NCBI GenBank assembly: GCA_028715625.1
Contig: JAQURL010000003.1
Coordinates: 5,533 to 69,532, forward strand
Reading direction: 5' to 3'
Length of the DNA: 64,000 nucleotides
DNA from: Candidatus Margulisiibacteriota bacterium
GTDB lineage: Bacteria > Margulisbacteria > Riflemargulisbacteria > GWF2-35-9
In this document: in pieces, positions 18,125-28,904 of the stretch
How positions within the stretch are numbered: position 1 is the stretch's first letter
Layout of the letters: each line of letters begins with the position of its first letter
Notes under the pieces: model-generated
Databases searched by the model: none
The model's input: the letters and a program-made list of their open reading frames with translations, nothing else
What the model was told of the DNA's origin: nothing
Translations under genes and position numbers: made by a program

Positions 18125-20026
18125 CTATTTGAGGGATCTTTTCAGAATTACCGTAAATGTCGACCCTTTACCCTCTTCACTTTCCACCTTTATCTCTCCA
18201 TGATGCAACTCGACGAGTTTTTTGGCAATGGGCAGTCCAAGACCAGCACCGTCATAAGCTTTAGATATTGAGTTGTCAACTTGTCTGAATTTATCAAAAA
18301 TTATGCCGATGTCCTCTTTTTTAATACCGATACCTGTATCGGTAACCTGAACAATAACACTGGTTTTATTGGCTGACAGACTTATTTCCACCTTACCTTT
18401 TTTAGTAAATTTTATGGCATTGGAAAGCAAACTGTTAAATACGTTTCTGATTTTGGTCTCATCTACCTTAATCTCGAACATTTCCGGAGACACCTTCTTA
18501 TCAATATCCAGACTCAATTTTAACTTTTTTTGCTCGGCCTGAATTTTTATTTGACTGGTAAGCTCTTCCAGCATATCCTGGATATTTACTGATTGCAGTT
18601 GAAGTTTTGTGTGTCCCGAATCAATTTCCGTTAAATTCAACAAATCATTAATAATTTTTAAAAGAGACAGGCTGTTTTCCTGAGCAATCTGCAGAAAACT
18701 TCTCTGTGTCAGCGGTATATTATGATAATTTAAAACCACATCCAAATAACCGATAATACTCGTTAATGGAGTCCTTAATTCGTGGGAAATATTCTGCAGA
18801 AATTGGGTTTTAAGCACATCCAGCTCCATTAATTCCTTATTTTTGGTTTCCAATTCGCTATAAGCGTCATTCAGAGCTTTAGTTTTATCAGCAACAATAG
18901 TCTCAATATTTTCAATATAATGTTTGAGATTTTCTTCCAGTCTTTTTTTCTCGGAAATATCAAAAATCAGAAGAAGACGTTCATCATCTATTTTATTTAG
19001 AAAACATTCATATTTATTGCCGAGAATATCTTCATCCTCAAAAATATAAGTTTCGAAAGTAGCGTCCATAACTTTTTTGAAATAAAATTTGTCGCTGTCC
19101 TTTTCCTTGAGAAACCCTATCTTATTATCTTTGGTAAAACGGCTCAAGGCCCATTTGTTTTGAAAAATCACCTTATGATCATTATCCATAATTATTACAC
19201 CGACTGCCGGCGTATTTACAATTGACTCCAAACGGTCGTTTTTTTCTTTAAGGCTGTGGGTAAGAACCTTTAATTTATCGATCATGTCATTAAAAGCTGA
19301 AGCCATTTTTTCAAATTCGGTATTGGCTTTAATGTTCACTTTTTGAGAAAAATCACCCTGTTCCAGATATTTAACGGCCTTCATGAATGATCTAAGCGGA
19401 TTAGCCACGTTCCTTGAGAAAAAAATCAAAAGCATACCAAAACCGAAGACCAGAAAAAATACAATTATGACTATATAGTACATAAGCAATCGCTCATAAT
19501 TTTTTGTTCTCTGATTAAACGCTTCGGACGTGCTTTGATATTCATTTTCGGAAAGCTTGTCTATTGAAAACATCATTTTACTTTCCAAATTTTTAATTTT
19601 TTCTACAATCTGTTTTTGTTCAGTTGTATCCTGTGTATCAAAAAGCCGGTCGGACATATCCTTTACTTTTACATAAACCTGATATTCGTATAAAAAAATC
19701 TTTCTTATAGAAGTAGACTGAATAAGTTTGTTCAGCATGGACTCAAATTGAGAATCAAGAATATGGCTCAGGCGAATATATTTTTCCTTAATTTTCATAT
19801 CTTTTTCCGAAGAATATTCATATATCAAAGAAAAAGATTGAGCCAGAGTGGTTCTGAAGTTCTGGAGGTTCTGATTGTTAGCGGAATAAAACTTCAATTG
19901 TTTGTCATACTCATGATCCCTCTGGATATTAATAAAAAGGTACCCGGCCATTACAACCAGCAATAGAAAAAAACTGAAAAGTATGACAGTTGACTTTAAT
20001 CTAAATGAATTCATAGTTTTGAACAT
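18125..20026 (-). CDS. Orphan PAS-containing sensor histidine kinase
   Basis: 633 aa. Two TMs flank a periplasmic region of about 150 aa. HAMP, PAS, HisKA (HELRTPLTSIIGY) and HATPase_c (GAGLGLPIAKKLVELHHG) follow. No response regulator is adjacent. Confidence 0.8.
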   Translation of the reverse strand: MFKTMNSFRLKSTVILFSFFLLLVVMAGYLFINIQRDHEYDKQLKFYSANNQNLQNFRTTLAQSFSLIYEYSSEKDMKIKEKYIRLSHILDSQFESMLNKLIQSTSIRKIFLYEYQVYVKVKDMSDRLFDTQDTTEQKQIVEKIKNLESKMMFSIDKLSENEYQSTSEAFNQRTKNYERLLMYYIVIIVFFLVFGFGMLLIFFSRNVANPLRSFMKAVKYLEQGDFSQKVNIKANTEFEKMASAFNDMIDKLKVLTHSLKEKNDRLESIVNTPAVGVIIMDNDHKVIFQNKWALSRFTKDNKIGFLKEKDSDKFYFKKVMDATFETYIFEDEDILGNKYECFLNKIDDERLLLIFDISEKKRLEENLKHYIENIETIVADKTKALNDAYSELETKNKELMELDVLKTQFLQNISHELRTPLTSIIGYLDVVLNYHNIPLTQRSFLQIAQENSLSLLKIINDLLNLTEIDSGHTKLQLQSVNIQDMLEELTSQIKIQAEQKKLKLSLDIDKKVSPEMFEIKVDETKIRNVFNSLLSNAIKFTKKGKVEISLSANKTSVIVQVTDTGIGIKKEDIGIIFDKFRQVDNSISKAYDGAGLGLPIAKKLVELHHGEIKVESEEGKGSTFTVILKRSLK

Positions 20027-20196
20027 ATTAATATTATATTTAGATATACTTAAAAAGCAATGCTCGGTTATGGCTAAAACGTCCGCAAATTAAGCATTAA
20101 AGGCAGCCAGAACATAATTTGTAATAGATATTAAACTAATAAGGGAAAATTTGTTTTAAACTTCATCAGATTTACAAAGATACAATCATTCTCTTC

Positions 20197-21147
20197 TTAA
20201 AGAGTATTTACAGCTGACCTGGCTTCTCCGCCATTCAAGACATCGCGCACCTGTTCGACAACATCGATAGCTACATTTTCCTTGGCTTCTTCTGTGGCTG
20301 CCCCGATATGCGGTGTTGTGATAATATTTTTGACTCCCAATAAAACATTATCGGGTTTTATGGGTTCTTCTTCATAAACGTCGACAGCGGCTCCTTTTAC
20401 TATACCGCTTTCTACAGCTTCTTTCAGGTCCTGCTCCACGATAATCCCACCCCGGGCACAGTTTATGATATACACACCTTTTTTCATAATCCTAAACTTT
20501 TTTTTATCAATCATGTGCTGTGTTTCTTTGGTTTTGGGAATATGAAAAGTAATATAATCGGCCTGGGACAGCACTTCGTCCAGCGGGTAAATTTTAATGC
20601 CAAGCTGTTTCAAATATTCTTCGTTAATATATGGATCAAAGCCCATAATTTGCATACCCATACATTGAGCATAACTGACTACTCTGCGGCCGATCTTTCC
20701 CAAACCTATTACCCCTAATTTTTTACCGAAAAGCTCTACTCCTGTAAACTCGCCCCTCTTCCATTCACCTTTCTGCATACTGTTATGCGCGAAAGGAATA
20801 TTTCTGGTAATGCCCAGCAGTAAAGCTAAGGAATGTTCTGCCGCGGCGATTGTATTGCCTTCCGGAGAATTTACTACAATGATACCTTTTTTAGTTGCTG
20901 CCGGGATATCGATATTATCCACCCCAACACCGGCGCGACCAATAATTTTCAGGTTGTTGGCAGCTGCTAAAATCCTGGCTGTTACCTTTGTTTCGCTGCG
21001 TACCAAAAGAGCTTCATAGTTATTGATTATTGCTGTGAGTTCATCTTCGGAAAGTCCGGGTTTAACATCAACTTCAAACTGATCTTTTATTAAATCGATT
21101 CCCTTGGAAGATAACTTGTCACTGACCAGAATCTTCTTTTTCGCCAA
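20197..21147 (-). CDS. serA: D-3-phosphoglycerate dehydrogenase / D-isomer-specific 2-hydroxyacid dehydrogenase (short SerA, no ACT domain)
   Basis: 316 aa. NAD-binding motif (GVIGLGKIGRRV) and catalytic region. 24 nt downstream of rpsI with no terminator in between. Confidence 0.75.
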   Translation of the reverse strand: MAKKKILVSDKLSSKGIDLIKDQFEVDVKPGLSEDELTAIINNYEALLVRSETKVTARILAAANNLKIIGRAGVGVDNIDIPAATKKGIIVVNSPEGNTIAAAEHSLALLLGITRNIPFAHNSMQKGEWKRGEFTGVELFGKKLGVIGLGKIGRRVVSYAQCMGMQIMGFDPYINEEYLKQLGIKIYPLDEVLSQADYITFHIPKTKETQHMIDKKKFRIMKKGVYIINCARGGIIVEQDLKEAVESGIVKGAAVDVYEEEPIKPDNVLLGVKNIITTPHIGAATEEAKENVAIDVVEQVRDVLNGGEARSAVNTL

Positions 21148-21171
21148 TGTTAGAATTCCTTTTTCGAGAAA

Positions 21172-21591
21172 CTATCGTTTACGATATTGAGTCATCTTTC
21201 GAGCTTTTTTCTTACCGTATTTCTTTCTTTCAACTATCCTTGAATCTCTGGTCAAAAGACCTTCTGTTTTTAAAATACGATGATATTCTTCAGAAATTCC
21301 ATCAAGAACTTTGGCGATACCATACATTAAAGCCTCTGATTGGCTCTGCGGACCGCCACCCTTAACGGTTGCCATAATATCGTATCTTCCCTGAGTATTG
21401 GTAAGGATGAGAGGTTTTATCACTTTTGCTTTAGAAGAAAATGCTACATACATATCTTCCAGTTTTTTATCATTTACAGTTACCTTGCCGTTACCTGAAA
21501 CTACCCAAACTCTGGCAATGGATGTTTTCCTTTTCCCTGTTGCGTAGTATCTTGCTTTTTCTTTTTTCTCTGTTTTTGCTTCTTCAGCCAT
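21172..21591 (-). CDS. rpsI: 30S ribosomal protein S9
   Basis: 139 aa. GKRKTSIARV motif and basic C-terminus. Confidence 0.95.
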   Translation of the reverse strand: MAEEAKTEKKEKARYYATGKRKTSIARVWVVSGNGKVTVNDKKLEDMYVAFSSKAKVIKPLILTNTQGRYDIMATVKGGGPQSQSEALMYGIAKVLDGISEEYHRILKTEGLLTRDSRIVERKKYGKKKARKMTQYRKR

Positions 21592-21602
21592 AAATACACT
21601 CC

Positions 21603-22052
21603 TTATTTATATGCCATCTCTAGCTTTTTTGGCTTCTGGGCCATATGATTGTGCTGATCACCTTTAAATATATGTAACTTTGTAATCATCGCTCTTCCGA
21701 TCCTGCCTTTAGGTAACATACGTTTAACGGCCATGTATATTAATCTTTCCGGTTTTTGTTCCAGCAATTCCGCATAAGTTTGACTTTTTATTCCGCCAGG
21801 ATAACCTGTATATCGGTAATATGTCTTTTCAACATTTTTCTTGCCTGATATTTTAATTTTATCGGCATTTATTACTATTACATAATCACCGGCATCCACA
21901 CTTGGCTGAAATGTAGCCTTATGTTTTCCCCTTAAAATAGCTGCGATTTGTGACGACAAACGGCCTAAATATTGTGATGTTGCGTCAATAAGCAACCATT
22001 CCTTTTTCAGGTCATCTTTTTTTGTATAATATGTATCAAATTTGTTTCTCAT
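21603..22052 (-). CDS. rplM: 50S ribosomal protein L13
   Basis: 149 aa with a typical L13 N-terminal region (WLLIDA...GRLSSQIA). Confidence 0.95.
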   Translation of the reverse strand: MRNKFDTYYTKKDDLKKEWLLIDATSQYLGRLSSQIAAILRGKHKATFQPSVDAGDYVIVINADKIKISGKKNVEKTYYRYTGYPGGIKSQTYAELLEQKPERLIYMAVKRMLPKGRIGRAMITKLHIFKGDQHNHMAQKPKKLEMAYK

Positions 22053-22059
22053 TACTTCC

Positions 22060-22818
22060 TCACTTCCTACCTTTGTAACCGATCTCGCTCAGGAACAGTG
22101 CTTTTGCAGGAGCCGGCGGCCATTTGTAAGTCAACTTTCCGTCTACTATCTGCTTAAACTGTTCAAGCGACAATTTTTTATTATTTACCTCCAGCATCAG
22201 TCCGATTGTCTTTCTTACCATATGCTGCAGAAAACTGTTTGCATTTATCGCAAATCTATAGGCTGTTTTTTTATAGCCTAAAAAGTCCAATGTCGTTTTT
22301 TTTAAATCAGCTTTATTGATAATTCTTTTAGTGTTCTTATATTGTTTGGCTTCAGTACATAAATTCCTGCAATCTTTAATCCCTGCCAAACTCTCAGCGC
22401 ACTCTTGCATCAGATCAAGCTGAATATTTTGCACGTATAACAGATACCGATCCAAAAAAATATTCTGTTTTCCTTCATACATCCAGTATTCATATTCACG
22501 AAACAACGCATCTCTTCTTGGATCAAAAGTGCTGTGTGTTTCTTCTATATCAATTACTAACGGAAAACCTAATTTTTTGTTAATTATTTGTTTTAATGGT
22601 TCAAGAGGAATTTTACCCTCATCGTTATAAACTACAACCTGACATTTGGCATGCACACCTCTGTCTGTCCTTCCCGCGTATTGTACTTTAATGGGACGTT
22701 TATAAAGTTTGTGGATAGCTGTTTCAATCAGTTCCTGGATCGTCATCACATTTTTTTGTCTCTGAAAACCAAAAAAAAGACTTCCATCATACTGGATTGA
22801 AAGCTTTATTGTCCTCAT
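22060..22818 (-). CDS. truA: tRNA pseudouridine(38-40) synthase TruA
   Basis: 252 aa. Catalytic motif (YAGRTDRGVHA). Sits between rplQ and rplM. Confidence 0.9.
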   Translation of the reverse strand: MRTIKLSIQYDGSLFFGFQRQKNVMTIQELIETAIHKLYKRPIKVQYAGRTDRGVHAKCQVVVYNDEGKIPLEPLKQIINKKLGFPLVIDIEETHSTFDPRRDALFREYEYWMYEGKQNIFLDRYLLYVQNIQLDLMQECAESLAGIKDCRNLCTEAKQYKNTKRIINKADLKKTTLDFLGYKKTAYRFAINANSFLQHMVRKTIGLMLEVNNKKLSLEQFKQIVDGKLTYKWPPAPAKALFLSEIGYKGRK

Positions 22819-22836
22819 TTCTGGATCAATATAAAA

Positions 22837-23187
22837 TTATACTAATTCAAGTACTGATACACTCGAAGCATCGCCCCGACGTATCCCATATTTCAGTATC
22901 CTGGTATAACCACCGTTTTTGTCCTGATACTTGGAAATTATGTCTTTAAAAATCAATGTCACCATTTTTCTGTCAGCAAGCATTTTAAATACTTCTCTTC
23001 TGGCGTTCAGGTCATTTTTTTTCGCTTTGGTAATGATCCTGTCAACATATTTACTTATCTCTTCGGCACGTCGAGCAGTAGTCTTTATCTGCTTAAAAGT
23101 GAATAATGCTTTAGCCCCGTTTTTAATTAAGGCCATCCTTTGATCTGTAGGCAATCCTATTTTATCGTTACTTTTTCTGTGTCTCAT
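22837..23187 (-). CDS. rplQ: 50S ribosomal protein L17
   Basis: 116 aa. Typical MRHRK start. Confidence 0.95.
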   Translation of the reverse strand: MRHRKSNDKIGLPTDQRMALIKNGAKALFTFKQIKTTARRAEEISKYVDRIITKAKKNDLNARREVFKMLADRKMVTLIFKDIISKYQDKNGGYTRILKYGIRRGDASSVSVLELV

Positions 23188-23202
23188 TGTTTACTCCAAT
23201 TA

Positions 23203-24141
23203 TTAATCGTCTTTCAATTTCAAGCTATACTGAGCCAATTTTTCGTTTATCTCATCAGCTGATTTTTTACCGAAATTTTTAATTTTCATCAAATCCTTCA
23301 TCGGTCTCTGGATAAGCTCTGATACTTTGGAAATACCGGCTTTACGCAGACAGTTAGAAGATCTGGCAGATAATTCCAAGTCCTCAATTGTCAAATCCAT
23401 GTCCACATTCTGTTGAGAAGACTCTTTCTTTTTTTCTTCTTCCTTCATCAAAGGAACAATATGCTTGTAATCGGTAAATAAACTAAAACTGTCTATCAAT
23501 ATCTTTGAAGACTCTTCAATTGCGTCTTCTGCACTCATGCTGCCGTTTGTCCATATCTCCATTGTCAACTTGTCCAGGTCAGTCCTGTTCCCTACTCTGG
23601 TTGCTGTGATATTGTGATTTACCTTTAAAACAGGTGAAAAACTGGAATCGACAGGTATTGTTCCAACCGGCATATTCTCAAAATGGTTCTGATCGGCCAG
23701 ACGATAACCTGTTCCTTTTTCAATCCTTAGTTCCATTTTTACATGAACTTTATCCGCTGTAATAGTAGCAATCTGGTGATCTTTATTGATTATTTCAATC
23801 TCAGCGTCATGCTGTATATCCTTAGCTGTAATTACACCTTTCTTTTTTACATCTATTTTCACTGTTTTAGGTGTAGTAGAATGAGATTTAATAACCAATG
23901 TTTTAATATTCAGTATTATATTCAATATATCTTCTTTTACACCTTCAATTGCGCCGAACTCATGCAAAACTCCATCAATTCTTAATGCGGTAACTGCGGC
24001 ACCCTCTAAAGAAGAAAGAAGCACCCGACGCATAGAATTTCCAAGTGTTACACCATATCCTTTGTCTAAAGGATCCATAACAACTTTGGCATAATTTCCA
24101 TCATTACTTTTTGTTACGTCAACCTTAGTATTTAATTTCAC
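23203..24141 (-). CDS. rpoA: DNA-directed RNA polymerase subunit alpha
   Basis: 312 aa. N-terminal dimerisation domain plus C-terminal domain (ELSARSSNCLKKAGI). Confidence 0.95.
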   Translation of the reverse strand: MKLNTKVDVTKSNDGNYAKVVMDPLDKGYGVTLGNSMRRVLLSSLEGAAVTALRIDGVLHEFGAIEGVKEDILNIILNIKTLVIKSHSTTPKTVKIDVKKKGVITAKDIQHDAEIEIINKDHQIATITADKVHVKMELRIEKGTGYRLADQNHFENMPVGTIPVDSSFSPVLKVNHNITATRVGNRTDLDKLTMEIWTNGSMSAEDAIEESSKILIDSFSLFTDYKHIVPLMKEEEKKKESSQQNVDMDLTIEDLELSARSSNCLRKAGISKVSELIQRPMKDLMKIKNFGKKSADEINEKLAQYSLKLKDD

Positions 24142-24167
24142 GTCTAAGTAGCCTCCTTATTTATATT

Positions 24168-24791
24168 TTATCTTGAATAAAATTCAACGATAAATTGTTC
24201 ATTCACAGGGACATCCAGTTCATCTCTGGTCGGCACTTTTGTATACGTAAAACTGTTGCCGGTGAAATCACTTGTTACCCAACTGGGAATATTTTTCTTT
24301 TTTGCTTTTTCCAATAATGTTTCAAACTTTTTCAACGACTTTTCTTTTATGGTAACTACATCATTAATTTTAAGAATGTAGGAAGGAATATCTACCTTTT
24401 TCTTGTTAACCATAAAATGGCCATGTCGAACCATAAGCCTTGCCTGCATACGAGTATCAACTACACCGCTGCGGAAAACGAAATTATCCAGTCTGCTTTC
24501 CAGAATTTGCAAAAACTCTTCTCCGGTGTCTCCATGCATCCGATTTGCCTGTTCGTAGTATTTACGCATCTGGCTTTCACTAACATAGTAAAAACGTTTT
24601 GCCTTTTGTTTTTCTCTTAAACGGATACCATACTCCGATAATTTTATTCTGGCTAACGGTCCATGCATTCCAGGAGGATAACTCCTTCTGGCTATTGAAC
24701 ATTTAGGAGAATCACATTTGTCACTTTTTAAATATAACTTGATGCCTTCTCTTCTGCACAGCTTACAAGATGGCCCCTTATACAAACCCAT
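24168..24791 (-). CDS. rpsD: 30S ribosomal protein S4
   Basis: 207 aa. N-terminal zinc-finger-like CxxC...C motif and an S4 domain. Confidence 0.95.
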   Translation of the reverse strand: MGLYKGPSCKLCRREGIKLYLKSDKCDSPKCSIARRSYPPGMHGPLARIKLSEYGIRLREKQKAKRFYYVSESQMRKYYEQANRMHGDTGEEFLQILESRLDNFVFRSGVVDTRMQARLMVRHGHFMVNKKKVDIPSYILKINDVVTIKEKSLKKFETLLEKAKKKNIPSWVTSDFTGNSFTYTKVPTRDELDVPVNEQFIVEFYSR

Positions 24792-24813
24792 ATTCTACTG
24801 CTCCTTTCTACCT

Positions 24814-25209
24814 CTATACCCTTCTACGCTTAGGAGGCCTGCAGCCATTATGCGGAATAGGTGTAACATCTTTAATAGATATAACGTCAATACCGGCAGC
24901 CTGAATTGCTCTGATAGCCGTCTCACGACCTGGGCCGGGACCTTTGACTAACACATCAACTTGCATGACTCCGTTTTCTCTGGCAATAAGCGCCGCTTTT
25001 TCCGCAGCTGATTGAGCTGCAAACGGCGTACCTTTTTTTGAACCCTTAAAACCGACTCCACCTGCGCTGCACCAGGAAACTACATTCCCTTCCAAATCGC
25101 AAATAGAAATAATTGTATTATTAAAATTGGAACTGATATGCGCAATACCTTGCGATACGTTCTTTTTAACTTTCTTCTTACGTCCGGTAGCTTTCTTTTT
25201 CTCCGCCAT
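24814..25209 (-). CDS. rpsK: 30S ribosomal protein S11
   Basis: 131 aa. Typical S11 C-terminus ([13 protein letters not shown]). Confidence 0.95.
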   Translation of the reverse strand: MAEKKKATGRKKKVKKNVSQGIAHISSNFNNTIISICDLEGNVVSWCSAGGVGFKGSKKGTPFAAQSAAEKAALIARENGVMQVDVLVKGPGPGRETAIRAIQAAGIDVISIKDVTPIPHNGCRPPKRRRV

Positions 25210-25233
25210 GGAATTAACCTCTCTCCTCTTCTT

Positions 25234-25599
25234 TTATTTTCTCTTGCCTGCGACAGTTCGACGAACGCCTCTTCTGGTCCGTGCGTTGGTTTTTGTCCTT
25301 TGACCTCTTACAGGTAAATGTTTTTTATGTCTGATACCACGGTAACATCCAATCTCCATCAATCTTTTAATATTCATGGAAATATCTTTTCTCAAATCAC
25401 CTTCAATTGTAAACTTTTTTATTTCATCTCTTATTTTAACAATTTCGCCTTCAGTTAAATCCTGAGCTCTGACATCATAGCTTATATTTGTAGCATCCAG
25501 TATTTTTCTACTTGTAGTCGGCCCTATTCCGAATATATAGGTTAACGCAACTTCTATTCTCTTATTCCTCGGTACATCAACTCCTGCGATTCTTGGCAT
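25234..25599 (-). CDS. rpsM: 30S ribosomal protein S13
   Basis: 121 aa. MPRIAGVD start. Confidence 0.95.
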   Translation of the reverse strand: MPRIAGVDVPRNKRIEVALTYIFGIGPTTSRKILDATNISYDVRAQDLTEGEIVKIRDEIKKFTIEGDLRKDISMNIKRLMEIGCYRGIRHKKHLPVRGQRTKTNARTRRGVRRTVAGKRK

Positions 25600-25610
25600 A
25601 GCTTCCTTCC

Positions 25611-25724
25611 TTATCCTTGTCTTTGTTTGTGTTTTGGGTTTTCACAAATAACCATTACGTTACCAAAACGTTTAATAATTTTACACTTCGGACAAATTTT
25701 CTTTACTGATGTTCTTACTTTCAT
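25611..25724 (-). CDS. rpmJ: 50S ribosomal protein L36 (zinc-ribbon form)
   Basis: Not in the ORF track because it is under 60 aa. Manual translation of the minus strand gives [37 protein letters not shown] (37 aa), with ATG at 25724 and TAA at 25611. Located between infA and rpsM. Confidence 0.9.
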   Translation of the reverse strand: MKVRTSVKKICPKCKIIKRFGNVMVICENPKHKQRQG

Positions 25725-25742
25725 AATTTCCTCTTTTAATTT

Positions 25743-25958
25743 CTACTTCGTTCTGTAAGTTATCCGACCTCTATTCAAATCATACGGAGACAACTCCACT
25801 TTCACTCTGTCTCCCAGAAGAATCCTTATAAAATTCTTTCTGATTTTACCGGATACGTGGGCCAATATTTCCTGCCCGGTTTCCAGTTTTACTTTAAACA
25901 TTGCGTTGGGCAAAGCTTCCAGAATTTCGCCCTCAACCTCAATGACTTCTTTTGACAT
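25743..25958 (-). CDS. infA: Translation initiation factor IF-1
   Basis: 71 aa with an S1-like OB fold and strong IF-1 similarity. Confidence 0.95.
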   Translation of the reverse strand: MSKEVIEVEGEILEALPNAMFKVKLETGQEILAHVSGKIRKNFIRILLGDRVKVELSPYDLNRGRITYRTK

Positions 25959-26022
25959 GATACTTCCTATTCCTTTTAAAACGGTTCCTAATTTTATCAG
26001 ATATTGATTAGGTTGACAAACA

Positions 26023-26661
26023 TTATTTTCTATCTACTACGCCGATGAGCATCTTTTGTATATCATCAATATTCTGCTCAGCATCAACTTCAAAAACAAT
26101 ACCTTTTTTCTGATAAAAATCCAGCAAAGGTTGAGTCTGTTTTAAATAAGTTTCGAAACGTCTTTTTACAGTTTCGGGCTTATCGTCATCCCTTACTATC
26201 AGCGGTCCTCCGCATAAATCGCAAATTCCCTCTTTTTTGGGGGGATTGTATTTGATATGAAAACTCGCCCCGCATTTGGGACAGGTTAACCTGCCGGACA
26301 TCCGGTCCAGTACGCTTTCCAGGCTAATTTTAAAATATATTACACAATCAAAAGCAATGGCATTTTTTTCCAAGAATTCAGCCTGAGGTATTGTCCTGGG
26401 AAATCCATCCAATATAAATGGCGACCGTTCCAGGCTTTTCAGTTTGTTTACCACGATATTGTTCACTACTTCGTCAGGCACCAAAGCGCCCTTGTCCATA
26501 AAACTTTTAGCTTCAAGACCAAGTGGTGTCTTATCCTGAACTTCCTGCCTTAAAATATCGCCCATGGCTATATGCAAAAAATTGTACTTTCCAGCCAAAT
26601 ACTTGGCTTGAGTACCTTTCCCGGAACCAGGTGCTCCTAATAGTAAAATTTTAGTTTTCAT
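26023..26661 (-). CDS. adk: Adenylate kinase (zinc-containing LID)
   Basis: 212 aa. P-loop ([10 protein letters not shown]). LID with four Cys (CPKCG...CDLCG). Confidence 0.95.
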   Translation of the reverse strand: MKTKILLLGAPGSGKGTQAKYLAGKYNFLHIAMGDILRQEVQDKTPLGLEAKSFMDKGALVPDEVVNNIVVNKLKSLERSPFILDGFPRTIPQAEFLEKNAIAFDCVIYFKISLESVLDRMSGRLTCPKCGASFHIKYNPPKKEGICDLCGGPLIVRDDDKPETVKRRFETYLKQTQPLLDFYQKKGIVFEVDAEQNIDDIQKMLIGVVDRK

Positions 26662-26664
26662 ATA

Positions 26665-27942
26665 TCACCTTACCAGTTTTTCATATTTATTGGCTAATAA
26701 TATTGTTTCAATTTGTCTGATAATATCATTGGCAACACCAACAATAATAAGCAGGGCTGTTCCGCCCAGGCCCATAAAGCTGGTTACGTGCGTAAAATTG
26801 GCTGAAACCATTGGAATTATTGAAATAACTGCCAAGAAAGTAGCCCCCACAAAGGTTAACCTGGATATAACCGAATCCAGATAATCGGCAGTCGGTTTGC
26901 CTGGCCTTACTCCTAATATAAACCCACCGTATTTCTTTATATTATCAGCAAGTTCTGTCGGGTTAAAAGTGATAGCAGTATAAAAATAAGTAAAGAAAAA
27001 AATCAAACCGGAGAAAGCAATCAGATAAAATACTGTTCCATAATTAATCCATTTATGCAAAAAAGTCATTTGAGGTATAAATTGCAGCAACATTATCGGC
27101 ACTGAAAGCACTGATGAGGCGAAAATTATTGGGATTACGCCTCCCTGGTTTATTTTCATTGGAAGATATGTATTTTGACCTCCATACATTTTTCTACCTA
27201 CTACTCTTTTAGCATATTGGACAGGAATATTTCGTTGAGCTTCCTGCACTACTACTATACCGATAATTACCAGCACTAACATGAAAACCAGTATAATGAC
27301 ATTGTAAATAGGTATTCCTCCCTTGATCAGGGTTATGGTATTGGCAATATAAGACGGCATGGCTCCGATTATACCCACGAAAATAATGATACTTCCGCCG
27401 TTTCCGATACCTCGCTCTGTAATCAGCTCACCCAGCCACATTACAAAAGTGGTCCCGGCAACAAGTGCTACTACTGTGAAAAGTAAAAAAGAATAAAAAT
27501 TGAGATTTGGAAGTAATATACCTCTTAATCCTACAGTAATACCTATACTCTGAATAATAGCTATAAAAATAGTCAGATAACGTGTATACTGTTGAATCTT
27601 CTTACGTCCTGATTCGCCCTCTTCCTGTTGCATTTCTTTTAATGACGGATATAAAAAAGTCATAAGCTGCATGATAATAGAAGCGTTGATATAAGGGATA
27701 ATACCCAAGGCGAATATGGAAAATCTTTTCAGAGCACCGCCTGAAAAAAGGTCCACAAAGCCCAGAAAGTCCCCACCACCGAAGATACTGGCGAGCTTGT
27801 TCATGTCCAGTCCATAAATAGGGATATGAATACCTATTCTAAAAATAAAAATAATTAATAATGTGAAACCTAATTTTTTTTGTAAATCTTCAATCTGAAA
27901 GATTCCAGAAAAATTACTGGCCATTAATAACCTCAGCGACAC
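26665..27942 (-). CDS. secY: Protein translocase subunit SecY
   Basis: 425 aa, about 10 TM segments and conserved SecY motifs. Confidence 0.95.
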   Translation of the reverse strand: MSLRLLMASNFSGIFQIEDLQKKLGFTLLIIFIFRIGIHIPIYGLDMNKLASIFGGGDFLGFVDLFSGGALKRFSIFALGIIPYINASIIMQLMTFLYPSLKEMQQEEGESGRKKIQQYTRYLTIFIAIIQSIGITVGLRGILLPNLNFYSFLLFTVVALVAGTTFVMWLGELITERGIGNGGSIIIFVGIIGAMPSYIANTITLIKGGIPIYNVIILVFMLVLVIIGIVVVQEAQRNIPVQYAKRVVGRKMYGGQNTYLPMKINQGGVIPIIFASSVLSVPIMLLQFIPQMTFLHKWINYGTVFYLIAFSGLIFFFTYFYTAITFNPTELADNIKKYGGFILGVRPGKPTADYLDSVISRLTFVGATFLAVISIIPMVSANFTHVTSFMGLGGTALLIIVGVANDIIRQIETILLANKYEKLVR

Positions 27943-28363
27943 CGCCGGCTTTTTTTATTAATTCTTCTGCTTTTTTTGAGAAGAAGTCAGCGACAACATG
28001 AACTTTTTTTTCGAACTTTGCCGAAGCTAAAATTTTAATTTTTTTTGTTCCTTTGGGTACGATTTTATATGACTTTAATATTGTCAGATCTATTTTTTCC
28101 ACATCAATTTTATTCAAAATGTTTAGGTTTATTGCTAAATAATCTTTTTGAGTAAAAGCTTTAAATCCCCTGATTTTGGGCAATTGCCTGTAAATAGGAG
28201 TTTGTCCTCCTTCGAAACCGGGACGTTTTAAACCACCGCTTCTGCTTTTTTGTCCTTTGCTGCCTTTACCAGAAGTTTTGCCCAAGCCGGAACTTTCTCC
28301 GCGCCCTACACGTGTTCTTTTTTTCTTGCTTCCTTTATAAGGTTTTAAATTTGCTAAATCCAT
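27914..28363 (-). CDS. rplO: 50S ribosomal protein L15
   Basis: 149 aa. Gly/Lys-rich N-terminal region typical of L15. Confidence 0.9.
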   Translation of the reverse strand: MDLANLKPYKGSKKKRTRVGRGESSGLGKTSGKGSKGQKSRSGGLKRPGFEGGQTPIYRQLPKIRGFKAFTQKDYLAINLNILNKIDVEKIDLTILKSYKIVPKGTKKIKILASAKFEKKVHVVADFFSKKAEELIKKAGGVAEVINGQ

Positions 28364-28386
28364 TGCTGATATCTCCCTTTATACTA

Positions 28387-28881
28387 TTAACTCACAAATC
28401 TTACACTGACATTTACACCACGACTTTTTTTAACGTCTTCCAGATTTTTTAATTTTGTCAGACCGTCAATTGTTGCATAAGCATTATTAATAATAGAAGA
28501 TGCACCCTGAGACTTGGATACAACGTTATGGATACCGGCAAGTTCCAACACAAGACGAATAACGCCGCCCGCGATTACACCGGTACCTTTCGGGGCCGGT
28601 TTTAAAAATACTTTACTGGCGCCGAGTTTGCCAAGTACTTCATGGGGAATAGTACCATTTACTACGTTAACCTGAACCATCTTTCTTTTGGCTACATGTA
28701 TTGCTTTTTTTATTGCGCTGGGAACTTCTGCGGCTTTGGCCACGCCAACTCCCACTTTACCTTGTCCGTCACCTACAACTACGGTAGCTCTAAAGGAAAG
28801 CTTCTTGCCGCCTTTTACTACTTTGGTTACACGTCTGATTTGTACTATTTTTTCTACAAAATCCCCTACCTTATGCTCCAT
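28387..28881 (-). CDS. rpsE: 30S ribosomal protein S5
   Basis: 164 aa with the S5 dsRBD region. Only 23 nt separate it from rplO, leaving no room for an L30 gene. Confidence 0.95.
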   Translation of the reverse strand: MEHKVGDFVEKIVQIRRVTKVVKGGKKLSFRATVVVGDGQGKVGVGVAKAAEVPSAIKKAIHVAKRKMVQVNVVNGTIPHEVLGKLGASKVFLKPAPKGTGVIAGGVIRLVLELAGIHNVVSKSQGASSIINNAYATIDGLTKLKNLEDVKKSRGVNVSVRFVS

Positions 28882-28904
28882 ATAATAACTCCTTCATTAT
28901 CGGA

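Noticed and set aside
20027-20196. Terminator between serA and the histidine kinase
   Set aside because: Only a weak 5-bp CTCTT/AAGAG stem without a U-tract. Not called.
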